Part shown: positions 8,608 through 18,316 of the stretch, one piece after another
How the letters are laid out: each line of letters opens with the position of its first letter
How positions within the stretch are numbered: position 1 is the first letter of the stretch
Assembly (NCBI GenBank): GCA_038316195.1
Contig: JBBQAJ010000001.1
Location: forward strand, 27,680 to 91,679
Length of the DNA: 64,000 nt
Direction: 5' to 3'
Source: Candidatus Saccharimonadales bacterium
Lineage (GTDB): Bacteria > Patescibacteriota > Saccharimonadia > Saccharimonadales > JBBQAJ01
Program-made: the position numbers and the translations under genes
Notes under the pieces: model-generated
The model's input: only the letters and a program-made list of their open reading frames with translations
Told to the model about the DNA's origin: nothing
The model's database searches: none

Positions 8608-9546
8608 ATGCAATATGTTGTGATAGGTATACTTTATGGTCTGGCATTTAATATACATTATTTTGAGTTTAACACTTTCATAAACTTTGGAATTAGTTTT
8701 CTAAATATTTGTGCCGTGATTGCCTTTTGGTACGTTAATGGCACTGCGTTAAATGATTTAATGGACTACGATATCGACCTGATAAATTTGAAAAATGACA
8801 ATAACAGACCTCTAGTTAAAGGCATTATTACCAAAAAACAAATAACTAATATCGCAATTTTATCTGGATTCGCCACAATAATTTCTGCAAGTTTTTTGGG
8901 TAGATATACTTTTATTTTGGTAATTGCTTTGCTGATATTAAATTGGGCGTATTCTCTAAAGCCAATTCAAATATCGCGTAAAGGTGGTTTTGCGCCTACT
9001 CTCTTGCCTTTGGGATATGTTTTTTTACCTCTTTTAAGTGGATATTTTGTTATTACAAATGAATTTAATGTACGTGTTTTTCTATTTGCACTTGCATTGT
9101 ACCTGATGTTTTGTTCCAGAATTTTACTAAAAGATTTTCGTGACGTTGTTGGAGATGCTAAACACGGAAAAATTACATTTCTACTAAAACATGGAATTAA
9201 AAAAGTTACTATTCTTTCCGGGATTACATTTCTATTAGGTTTTTTGATTTTAGTAATGTATTTTTGGCGTTTAATAAGTATTAACATGATTCCAATTTTG
9301 TTTTTTGTAAGTATTGGAATAACTATCTTAAACTATTTATCTCAGACAACATCCTGGAATCAACAAAAACCGTATATAACCATATTCGGAAGGGTTGGGA
9401 CCGGAATTTTAATCTTATTGGCTTTATCGCTTAGTTTTCAATATCAATCAGTAATTTTATGGAAACAAGCTGTTGTTTCTGTTGCTGTTGTGGCATTAAT
9501 AATAAATAGTTTTGGAGAAATAATTAGCGCACAAAGATCTAGATAG
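8608..9546 (+). CDS. UbiA-family prenyltransferase (polytopic membrane)
   Basis: NDLMDYDIDL (NDxxDxxxD) and DFRDVVGD (DxxDxxxD) motifs. The internal ATG at 8608 is used because the track start at 8503 would overlap the divergent kinase start. Confidence 0.65.
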   Translation: MQYVVIGILYGLAFNIHYFEFNTFINFGISFLNICAVIAFWYVNGTALNDLMDYDIDLINLKNDNNRPLVKGIITKKQITNIAILSGFATIISASFLGRYTFILVIALLILNWAYSLKPIQISRKGGFAPTLLPLGYVFLPLLSGYFVITNEFNVRVFLFALALYLMFCSRILLKDFRDVVGDAKHGKITFLLKHGIKKVTILSGITFLLGFLILVMYFWRLISINMIPILFFVSIGITILNYLSQTTSWNQQKPYITIFGRVGTGILILLALSLSFQYQSVILWKQAVVSVAVVALIINSFGEIISAQRSR

Positions 9547-10072
9547 ATTTTTTATAAAATATTAGTCTAGCATTGGCGTAAGTATTCGATTTTATTAATC
9601 CCAATCCTTTAAAATCTGGAATTGGAAGTTTAGAAGGCCACGACAAGACTAAAGTACCACCTCGGGCTAAATTTGTTGTGAGTTTTTGTATCGATCCTTC
9701 CAGTACTTTGTCGTACGGTGGATCACAAATAACTATGTCATACCAATCCGTTATGTGTTTTTTGGACCAGCTTGAGACACGGCTATTGGCAACTTCAACT
9801 TCTTTTTCAATTCCAAGTAATTTTATATTATTTGCGATAGTTGAATACGCTGACTTATCTAATTCTACTGCTGTGGCCCTTATAGCGCCTCTACTTATAG
9901 CTTCAATACTGATAGCGCCACTTCCTGCATAAAAATCTAATACTGATAGTCCTGATATGTCACCAAGAGTATTAAACAGGGCTCCTCGTTGTTTATCACC
10001 CATAGGATGTGTCTTAAATCCTTTTGGAGCGTCAATTACTCTTCCACCAAATCTTCCTGATATGATTCTCAT
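9539..10072 (-). CDS. rsmD: 16S rRNA (guanine966-N2)-methyltransferase RsmD
   Basis: MRIISGRFGGRVIDAPKG N-terminus, DPPY catalytic motif, and SAM-binding DFYAGSGA. Confidence 0.85.
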   Translation of the reverse strand: MRIISGRFGGRVIDAPKGFKTHPMGDKQRGALFNTLGDISGLSVLDFYAGSGAISIEAISRGAIRATAVELDKSAYSTIANNIKLLGIEKEVEVANSRVSSWSKKHITDWYDIVICDPPYDKVLEGSIQKLTTNLARGGTLVLSWPSKLPIPDFKGLGLIKSNTYANARLIFYKKSI

Positions 10073-10890
10073 TTTTTTATTAATTTCGCGTCAAACATTG
10101 CTTTATACCAAGTTAAAGAAACGGTACGTATAAGTGCAGGCCCTAACCTGTGTCGTACTTGCCAGGCCAATTTAGGCGTCCATCCTTTTTTAATATAATT
10201 ATGGTACATATCAAGAACTGCGACTTCCCTGGCAGTCTTATTAAACATTTCAATCACGTTCGATGTTTCAATATTATTAATATCTGCTTTAGTTGGAAGT
10301 GATTCTTTAAAAGTTAAGGGTGCAATTAAAGTAGCAACGCCAAGCTCAAATGTCGCATGGGTTGCAAAAAGACCTTTTGCACCCCACATTTTCCAATTAT
10401 TACTTAGCATTTTCTTCTTAGTTTCACCGGGCATTATTAATTTTTTTCGATAATTAGTTCTTGACTTTAAATCCTCACCACCTCTAAGTTTTGCAAGTTC
10501 TTTTTCGTAAGGGTAATGATGCGCAGGGGTAAGGCCATCAACCAATGCGTGCGCCAACCAAGCTGCTTCAAAAGACGCTTTTACGTCGTCACTTTTTTTT
10601 AAAGCACTTACTAGATTAATATAATGGTCTTGTAAAAGATTAGTTAATTGTTCGTCGTCTTCATTAAAAGGATCTACATAATGCCATGGTTCATTGATGC
10701 CAGGGCTCTTCATTTTTATACCATCAGGACCATTAGCACCTTCAAAATGTAATATATCTCTTATCTTAGGAAATATATTTTCATCGATTGTAAGTTTCGT
10801 AAGTTGTTTTCTGGCAACTCTATCAATTTTTTGATGCGCGCCCATAACCGCACCTGAATGTTTTGTAAATACGTAAAGTCCTGAATACAC
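10069..10890 (-). CDS. Hypothetical soluble protein, possibly zinc-dependent PLC / S1-P1-nuclease superfamily
   Basis: WLAHALVDGLTPAHH resembles the HxxxDxLTPA motif of YdjM/DUF457, which shares a clan with Zn-PLC and P1 nuclease. No TM segments. The assignment is tentative. Confidence 0.4.
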   Translation of the reverse strand: MYSGLYVFTKHSGAVMGAHQKIDRVARKQLTKLTIDENIFPKIRDILHFEGANGPDGIKMKSPGINEPWHYVDPFNEDDEQLTNLLQDHYINLVSALKKSDDVKASFEAAWLAHALVDGLTPAHHYPYEKELAKLRGGEDLKSRTNYRKKLIMPGETKKKMLSNNWKMWGAKGLFATHATFELGVATLIAPLTFKESLPTKADINNIETSNVIEMFNKTAREVAVLDMYHNYIKKGWTPKLAWQVRHRLGPALIRTVSLTWYKAMFDAKLIKK

Positions 10891-10958
10891 GTTTTAAGCA
10901 CCACTAACATTATTAAAATTACTATTGGAGTTTTGCATTCTAATTGATTTCATAATTT

Positions 10959-12995
10959 TTAGTTTAGATTAGTAACTGAACGGTTGAACTGAACACGTTC
11001 GTTTAACTGTTGATATATTAACAGATTTTCATGTCTGTCTATAAATTCTTGGGCGGCAAGACGAGCTTTAGCTATTAGTTTTGTATCAGAAAGTTTTGCA
11101 ACTCTCAAATCAAGCTGACCATGTTGTATTTGACCATAAATAGCTCCCGGTCCGCGAAGTTCTAAATCGTATTCAGCGAGTTTAAAACCATCGGTCGATC
11201 TTTCAAGTAAACGCAACCTATGAGATGGAGATAAGTTATCATTTAGTAAAAGATAGCAAAAACTCTGATGCTTACTCCGTCCGACCCTTCCACGCAATTG
11301 ATGAAGTTGAGCAAGCCCAAACTTTTCGGGGTTTTCTATCATCATGATTGTAGCGTTTGGAACATCAACCCCCACTTCAATAACAGTAGTTGTTACTAAG
11401 ATATCTATTTTATGATTTAGAAAAGATTGCATAATTATGTCTTTCGCTTCAGATTTCAATTTGCCGTGAAGTAAGCCAATTTTTCTGTGACTAAAAGGAC
11501 CGGTAGATAATTCGTCGTATACTTGTTCAACAGATTTTATTGAATTATTTTCTGTAATAGTTATAAGTGGACATACCACAAATGCTTGGCGTCCTGATTT
11601 CAGTTCATTTTCGAGTTTATCAAATATTTTATGACGCTCTACGAGTGGTATGATTTTCGTAATTATGTCCTTTCTATTTGCTGGTTTGGATTCTATAACA
11701 GAAATATCTAACTCACCATAAAGAGTTAATGCTAGACTTCTAGGGATAGGAGTTGCTGTCATACTAAGCACATGTGGCATATGTCCAGCTTTAGCCAATA
11801 ATCTTTTACGTTGCTCTACGCCAAATCTATGCTGTTCGTCTATTATTACCAGACCCAATTTTTGCATATTTACTTTATTTTGAATTAAAGCATGTGTACC
11901 TACTATAATTTTTGCATCTCCTGAACTAATGCGTTTTTTGGCTTCTAATTTTTGAGCTGGTTTCTGACCACCAACTAGCAAGACAATTTGTTCATGCATC
12001 CCCAGAGGTTTTAATAAGGCATGAATTGAATCTGCATGTTGACGCGCTAATATTTCTGTGGGAGCCATAAAAGCCACTTGAAAATTTTTCTTGACCACCA
12101 TTAAAGAGGCCATAACGGCAACAACTGTCTTTCCAGAGCCTACATCACCCTCAATCAATCTGTTCATAGGTGCTTGTTTTTGTATGTCTTTATATATCTG
12201 CCAAATTACTCGTTTTTGGTCATCAGTAAGTATGAACGGTAAGTGTTTCACAAAATCTTTAGCTAACTTTTCTTCAAATGGAATTATTATTGACTTACCA
12301 TGTGAGTTTTCGAGTTTATTTATAAGCGCTGCAAGAGTAAGTTCAAAAACTTCATCAAATCCAAGACGACGCCTTGCCGTTATTAATTCCTGTTGATTGC
12401 CAGGAAAGTGGATTTGCTCGATTGCTTCGGCGCGTGATAACATTCTTTCTTTTTCTACTAACCACTTAGGCAATGTCTCTGGCAATGCGCTAATTATCGG
12501 AAATACTTCTCTCAACGCTCGACGTATTTGTCCAGACTTAAGCCCTTTTGTTTCTCTATATATAGGTACGATTCGAGCAGTGTTGACTGGAAAATTACTT
12601 ACAAGTTCTACAGAAGGATTCAATATATTAAGTCTTTGATAACTCATCCCAAATTCTCCAGAAATATAGTAGTCTTCGTTTGTCTTTAAGGATGCCGACC
12701 TGTAAGGTTGGTTAAACCATACTAACCGAACACTTCCAGTGCTGTCACTCGCAACTGCCTCTGTTATGTGAAGTCCTCGTTTTACATATCTCCCTGCTGA
12801 CGATTTTATCGTTGCGTTTATTGTCACAATCCCTGGACGTATTAAGCTGATCTTTTGAATTTCAGAATAGTCGTCGTAACGTCTTGGATATAAATCTATC
12901 AGCTCCTCTACTGTTTCTATTCCCAAAATCGACATTTTTTTGGCAACTTCAGATCCCACACCTTTAATCTCAATCACTGAACTTTTCAAATTCAT
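10959..12995 (-). CDS. recG: ATP-dependent DNA helicase RecG
   Basis: DEQHRFGV, TATPIPRSL, a wedge domain, and helicase motifs I-VI. Confidence 0.9.
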   Translation of the reverse strand: MNLKSSVIEIKGVGSEVAKKMSILGIETVEELIDLYPRRYDDYSEIQKISLIRPGIVTINATIKSSAGRYVKRGLHITEAVASDSTGSVRLVWFNQPYRSASLKTNEDYYISGEFGMSYQRLNILNPSVELVSNFPVNTARIVPIYRETKGLKSGQIRRALREVFPIISALPETLPKWLVEKERMLSRAEAIEQIHFPGNQQELITARRRLGFDEVFELTLAALINKLENSHGKSIIIPFEEKLAKDFVKHLPFILTDDQKRVIWQIYKDIQKQAPMNRLIEGDVGSGKTVVAVMASLMVVKKNFQVAFMAPTEILARQHADSIHALLKPLGMHEQIVLLVGGQKPAQKLEAKKRISSGDAKIIVGTHALIQNKVNMQKLGLVIIDEQHRFGVEQRKRLLAKAGHMPHVLSMTATPIPRSLALTLYGELDISVIESKPANRKDIITKIIPLVERHKIFDKLENELKSGRQAFVVCPLITITENNSIKSVEQVYDELSTGPFSHRKIGLLHGKLKSEAKDIIMQSFLNHKIDILVTTTVIEVGVDVPNATIMMIENPEKFGLAQLHQLRGRVGRSKHQSFCYLLLNDNLSPSHRLRLLERSTDGFKLAEYDLELRGPGAIYGQIQHGQLDLRVAKLSDTKLIAKARLAAQEFIDRHENLLIYQQLNERVQFNRSVTNLN

Positions 12996-13079
12996 ATTAT
13001 CAATTATACGTCAAAAACAATTCTCATTTCTTTGGTGCACAAAAGTACAGACTTAATTATGAATTGTTTATGAGAATTA

Positions 13080-13859
13080 TTATTTTGCTTTTTTAATTAG
13101 AAAGAAAATACTAGGACCAAAGAATGCTTTTGCCAGAGTGGGTTGCATTATATTTTCCAAAGTTAACATAATGGTGTTAGGCATGATTTTCTTAAGCTTT
13201 GGACTACGAAGATTGGAGACTGAAAGTACTTTTTCTACCTTAAAACCAGCGTGCGCAAGTTGCTTTACTACTGTTTTAGGATTGTGATTTACGAATGAGA
13301 TCTCTGAGTCATTTTTATTTTTATCTGAACGGATATCAACTGGCTCAACAGGCAAATTCTTAAATTGAATAATGTGTTTCAGACGGTTCCGGGCATGTGC
13401 GTAATTAGCTACCTCTAGTAAAAGATATCCTTCATCACTTAGCACTCTAAACAACTCTTTAAATTCCGTAGTTGGATCTGGTAAATGGTGCATGACACGA
13501 ATCATGGTTATCAAATCTTGGGATTTATCTTTCAATTTTATATCATCTGCTTGAGTCAGTACTCGATCAATTTCAATATGGTCTTTAAGAAAGTCTTTGG
13601 CAATATCAAGCTGTTTCTTAGAAGGTTCAGCCAAGGTTACTTTGTCGGCGAATTGTTCCAGGAATACGCACAATCGTCCATATCCACCACCAATATCTGT
13701 TGCTGTTTTGAAATGCTTTCCCTTTAAGAGTCGATTTATCGCAATCTCTTCAGAGGCGTGTTCGTAATCTCGACCATCCCAATATTGTAAATAATTATAA
13801 TTCCCTTCGTCATATTGATTAGCTTTTTTGAGTTTAGTTTTAAAAGTCTTTTTTGGCAT
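13080..13859 (-). CDS. Class I SAM-dependent methyltransferase
   Basis: Motif I DIGGGYGRL, and a motif post-I acidic residue. Confidence 0.7.
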   Translation of the reverse strand: MPKKTFKTKLKKANQYDEGNYNYLQYWDGRDYEHASEEIAINRLLKGKHFKTATDIGGGYGRLCVFLEQFADKVTLAEPSKKQLDIAKDFLKDHIEIDRVLTQADDIKLKDKSQDLITMIRVMHHLPDPTTEFKELFRVLSDEGYLLLEVANYAHARNRLKHIIQFKNLPVEPVDIRSDKNKNDSEISFVNHNPKTVVKQLAHAGFKVEKVLSVSNLRSPKLKKIMPNTIMLTLENIMQPTLAKAFFGPSIFFLIKKAK

Positions 13860-13880
13860 ATGAGAAATTAGTATAACACT

Positions 13881-15125
13881 TTATTTGTTATCTACAATTG
13901 CAAAACTATTTTTGCCACGTTTTAAAAGATTTAAGCCATTTTGAAAGCTAATTTTTTCATCCGGAAATGTTTTTGTACCGTTTACAGAGATTGCACCGGC
14001 TATATGATATTTCCTTGCTTCAGATTTTGAATTTGCTAGTCCACATTTAAATAACATGTCATATAGGTCGTCACTTGCTGGGATTACCCGCAACTCAGCC
14101 GATAAAATTTGCTTCTGATTTTCATTTAAATCGACAAAACTACCTTCCCCAAATAAAACTTCGCTTACCGTTTTAATATTTGTAGCTCTATCTATTCCAT
14201 GAACAATTGTTGTTACTTCATAAGCTAGGGTTTTTTGAGCTAATCTATTACCAGGATTTTGTTGAAATATTTCTAGTATATTTTCTATTTCTGGCTTACT
14301 TAACATTGTATAGATTTTTAAATAGTCTTCCACTCCATCATCCCCAACGTTTAACCAGTATTGATAAAATTTATAAACGCTGGTCTTTTTAGCGTCTAGC
14401 CAAACTGCGCCTTCTTCAGATTTACCAAACTTTAATCCAGTCGACTTATCTATTACAAGTGGAGCTGACCAAACGTGAGCTTCTTTCCCAGAAATACGCC
14501 TAATTAAATCAACTCCTGCAACACTATTGCCCCATTGATCAGAACCACAAACTTGCAGCGAAACTTCCATTTCTTTATTCATGTGCAGGAAATCATAAGC
14601 CTGAATCAATACGTAACTAAATTCTGCATAACTAATGCCAGCACCCTTATCTGAAAGTCGTTTCTGCACAAACTCGCGAGATAGCATCTGTCTCATTGGT
14701 ACGTGCTTACCTACTTCTCTCAAGAATTGTAGATATCCTGTATCTTTAAACCAATTCATATTATCAACAAGCTTAAAATCTTGATCGTCAAAAACTGTCT
14801 TGTACTGAGCCTCAATACCAATTTTATTTGATTGAATTTCATCTGGACTCTTCAAAACCCGTTCTTCACCTTTGCCATCTGGGTCGCCAATCATGCCCGT
14901 AGCGCCACCAATTAACAATATAGCTTTATGGCCACTCTTAATAAAATGTCGTACCATCATTGCAATTGCTAAATTACCAATTGTCATAGAAGAAGCACTT
15001 GGATCAACACCCCAATAAAATGTTATTGGGTCTCCGTCAATACTAGAAGCTGATTTGTAGGTAGTTTGATATACGAAACCACGCCATTTTAATTCTTCTG
15101 ACAAAGTCATAGACATAATTAACAC
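13881..15125 (-). CDS. tyrS: Tyrosine--tRNA ligase (with C-terminal S4 domain)
   Basis: GGATGMIGDPDGKGEER, KFGKS (KMSKS-class), and S4-like HIAGAISVNG. The true start may be one of the Met residues at positions 4-7. Confidence 0.85.
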   Translation of the reverse strand: MLIMSMTLSEELKWRGFVYQTTYKSASSIDGDPITFYWGVDPSASSMTIGNLAIAMMVRHFIKSGHKAILLIGGATGMIGDPDGKGEERVLKSPDEIQSNKIGIEAQYKTVFDDQDFKLVDNMNWFKDTGYLQFLREVGKHVPMRQMLSREFVQKRLSDKGAGISYAEFSYVLIQAYDFLHMNKEMEVSLQVCGSDQWGNSVAGVDLIRRISGKEAHVWSAPLVIDKSTGLKFGKSEEGAVWLDAKKTSVYKFYQYWLNVGDDGVEDYLKIYTMLSKPEIENILEIFQQNPGNRLAQKTLAYEVTTIVHGIDRATNIKTVSEVLFGEGSFVDLNENQKQILSAELRVIPASDDLYDMLFKCGLANSKSEARKYHIAGAISVNGTKTFPDEKISFQNGLNLLKRGKNSFAIVDNK

Positions 15126-15180
15126 TAGTATAACATCTCTTATTTTGTCTGTACTAAATCGTCTTGAAAATGCATAAGTT

Positions 15181-15189
15181 TGATATAAT
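15181..15189 (+). promoter_or_regulatory. Candidate extended -10 promoter element (TGaTATAAT) for the PBP gene
   Basis: TGATATAAT lies 32 nt upstream of the ATG. AAGGAG Shine-Dalgarno at 15203..15208. Confidence 0.3.
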
Positions 15190-15220
15190 GTAGGTCAATA
15201 CCAAGGAGATTCACAGTCAT

Positions 15221-18200
15221 ATGGCAATCAACAAGCTGGGGAACAAAATTCGTAAAAATAATACTGGGCGTAAAAGCAAATCTAGTTTTGTTACAAAAAG
15301 TGGCCAGACAATCAAGATAAATCGATCAATTGGCGATAAAATACGAGCTAAACGAGCATCATACGCTCAAAAACGTGCCGAGCGTCTTGCTGGTATGCCA
15401 AAAAGTCGAATAAAGCGTATATTCTATCGCCTTCATCCTAAAAGACTTTACAAGTACTGGTTCAGCCGCGAGGGTGGGATTATGGGACTCAAAGTGTTTG
15501 GGATTGGCATATTGGTTACATTTCTTCTGTTAGTTGGAGTTTTTGCATATTTTCGTAAAGATCTACCAAACATACGTGATATTTCTGGAAGTAATATAGG
15601 TGGAAGTATTTTGTACTATGATAGGACCGGCAAAACTTTACTCTTTGAAGACGTAGAAGGCTCCAAACGAATTCCTGTAAAAGATGATGCGATAGCAACA
15701 AGCATTAAACAAGCAACTATTGCTGTTGAAGATAAAGACTTTTTCAAACACGGTGGATTTGACATGAGGGGAATAATCCGTGCCGGTGTGAACAATTTAT
15801 TCGGAAGAAGTGGAACTACGCAGGGTGGCTCAACCATTAGTCAGCAATTGGTACGATTAACTCAGTCTAATGTTGGGACTGAAAGAACATATTCTAGAAA
15901 AGTAAAAGAAGTAATCCTGTCAGTAGAATTAGAGAGAGAATACTCTAAACAAGAAATTCTCACAGGATACCTTAACACAGCACCATACGGGGGTATTGAA
16001 AATGGGGTTGAAGCAGCGGCTCAAAATTATTTTCACGTTTCAGCAAAAGACTTAACACTTGCGCAATCAGCGATGTTGGCGTCAATACCCAAATCTCCTA
16101 CTTATTATTCTCCTTACAATAAATCAGGCTTTAATAAAGGCTCCTTAATAGGAAGGCAGCATTACATATTAGACTTAATGCATGAGCAAGGAATGATCAC
16201 ATCAGATCAACGTGACGAAGCTAAAAAAGTCGATGTATTAGCTCAAGTAAAAGACAGACCACAACACTATGATGGCATAAAGGCGCCTTGGTTTGTTCTT
16301 ACAGCTAAACAAGAACTTGAAAGGCGATTTGGCACAACCAGTGTTAAGCGTGGGGGCTGGAAAATTACAACAACTCTTGATTTAGATGCTCAAAAAGTCG
16401 CTGAAGAACAGGTTCAAAATGGCTTGGCTCAAATAAAACGACAAGGTGGTGATACTGCTGCATTTGTTGCAGAAGATGTAAAAACAGGTCAGGTTGCTGC
16501 ACTAGTAGGTGGCACAGATTTTAACAACCCGGATTTTGGTGAAAACAATTATGCGCATGATCTTGAACTCCCACCCGGTTCATCTTTCAAACCTTATGAC
16601 TACTCAGCACTTATTGATACTCAAAAAAATGTAGGTGCCGGTTCAGTTTTGTTTGACTCTAGTGGCGCAATACCAGGATATCCTTGCACAACCGGTGTTA
16701 GCAAGACTGGTAACTGTGCACATGACTATGATTTTCGATTTCCTGGGCCACTAACGCTAAGATACGCACTTGGAGGCTCTAGAAACGTTCCGGCTTTGAA
16801 AGCAATGGCGATTGTTGGAGTTGATAAAACAATAGATGTTGCACACAAGTTAATGACAAACTACGGAACAGATGGTAATCCAGATTCTACTATCGGAAAC
16901 TACAAGTGCTATTCTGACGAACAAAATACTGTCGCCATACCCTGTTACGGATCTTCTGCTATTGGTGATGGTGCATATTTGCGACTGGACGAACATGTAC
17001 ACGGTTATGCGACGCTTTCCAGAAATGGAAATAATATTCCACAAACTTACATATTGAAAATAACTGACACCTCAAACAAGACTATTGATGAATGGAAGCC
17101 CAGTAAAGGCGTACAGGCAATTAGTCCTGAAACGGCTTACATAGTTACGGATATTCTCAGAGACCCTAATGCAAGTTATTTTTCAAAGAAAATTCATAAT
17201 TACAAAGGCTGGAGATTTGGATTGAAAACTGGTACTACAAACGATGCCAAAGACGGTTTGATGATGATGTTTTCCACGAAATATGCTGTTGGTACATGGG
17301 TCGGGTACCATAACCGACAAAGGGTTATGAGTGGAGCAATGGAAAATATGACTACTCCAATCGTAAATGGTTTCATGACAACTATGCACTCCAATATAAA
17401 ACCAGAAGATATTCCAAAACCAAATGGTGTTCAATCACTTCCAGCTTATATTATTAGGTCTCATGTAGGTTTTGGCTCCATTGAACCAAGCCCAACAAAT
17501 GACTTGTTCCCCTCATGGTATAAATCACCATCCAAAGCAAATAGTAACCAGAAAATAGATCAAGTAAGTAACAAACTAGCCACCGAATGTACACCATTGC
17601 GTGCTATCAAAGACGGTGCTGGCGGAAATAGTAATACATTTTCAGTTGATAAATTCGTAAGTGGGGGTAATGCAAATACAACTGAAAAAGACAATGTTCA
17701 CAATTGTGCAGATGCCAAACCAACTATTACTTTGGACAACAAAGAATTCACGTGTGCAAATGGTGGTTGTCCTATAAGTGCTACTGTTAATGCAGGCACG
17801 CACCCACTTTCATCGGAAACCTTCCCCGGTACTGTCAATTTCATGGTAGATGGACAAGTGGTTAACACTCAAAACATTAGTAGCCCAGGTATTGTTACAT
17901 TTAATTATAAACCAGATTTCACCGGCACTAAATCGCTGACTGCCGAAGTAATTGATAGCGTTCTGTATGATGGCTCAGATAGCACAACACTTTCAGCAAA
18001 TGCTGGTGGTTCAGGAATTTCAACATTAGAAAATCTAACACCTGGAAGTACAGTTAACAAGCGATCACAAGCTAACTTTAGTTGGACGGATTACGGTGGC
18101 GGGATAAGTTATATTCTATATTGGTCATGTAATGGTCAAAACGGTTCACAGTCAACAAATACAAATGCAAACTTCACCCCGACAACTACTCAACAAAAAG

Positions 18201-18316
18201 ATGCGTTGTACAATGGCTTAGCTTACCCACTTGTTACATGCGAATGGTACGTTGATGCCAGTAATGGCCAGAGTAGTAAATCTAATAAATCGACGTTTAC
18301 ATTAAAGGCACCTTAG
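15221..18316 (+). CDS. Class A penicillin-binding protein (glycosyltransferase + transpeptidase) with ~270-aa C-terminal extension
   Basis: N-terminal TM. GT51 motif EDKDFFKHGGFD, RQHY-type segment. Transpeptidase SxxK and KTG (GLKTGTT). 1031 aa. Confidence 0.9.
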   Translation: MAINKLGNKIRKNNTGRKSKSSFVTKSGQTIKINRSIGDKIRAKRASYAQKRAERLAGMPKSRIKRIFYRLHPKRLYKYWFSREGGIMGLKVFGIGILVTFLLLVGVFAYFRKDLPNIRDISGSNIGGSILYYDRTGKTLLFEDVEGSKRIPVKDDAIATSIKQATIAVEDKDFFKHGGFDMRGIIRAGVNNLFGRSGTTQGGSTISQQLVRLTQSNVGTERTYSRKVKEVILSVELEREYSKQEILTGYLNTAPYGGIENGVEAAAQNYFHVSAKDLTLAQSAMLASIPKSPTYYSPYNKSGFNKGSLIGRQHYILDLMHEQGMITSDQRDEAKKVDVLAQVKDRPQHYDGIKAPWFVLTAKQELERRFGTTSVKRGGWKITTTLDLDAQKVAEEQVQNGLAQIKRQGGDTAAFVAEDVKTGQVAALVGGTDFNNPDFGENNYAHDLELPPGSSFKPYDYSALIDTQKNVGAGSVLFDSSGAIPGYPCTTGVSKTGNCAHDYDFRFPGPLTLRYALGGSRNVPALKAMAIVGVDKTIDVAHKLMTNYGTDGNPDSTIGNYKCYSDEQNTVAIPCYGSSAIGDGAYLRLDEHVHGYATLSRNGNNIPQTYILKITDTSNKTIDEWKPSKGVQAISPETAYIVTDILRDPNASYFSKKIHNYKGWRFGLKTGTTNDAKDGLMMMFSTKYAVGTWVGYHNRQRVMSGAMENMTTPIVNGFMTTMHSNIKPEDIPKPNGVQSLPAYIIRSHVGFGSIEPSPTNDLFPSWYKSPSKANSNQKIDQVSNKLATECTPLRAIKDGAGGNSNTFSVDKFVSGGNANTTEKDNVHNCADAKPTITLDNKEFTCANGGCPISATVNAGTHPLSSETFPGTVNFMVDGQVVNTQNISSPGIVTFNYKPDFTGTKSLTAEVIDSVLYDGSDSTTLSANAGGSGISTLENLTPGSTVNKRSQANFSWTDYGGGISYILYWSCNGQNGSQSTNTNANFTPTTTQQKDALYNGLAYPLVTCEWYVDASNGQSSKSNKSTFTLKAP

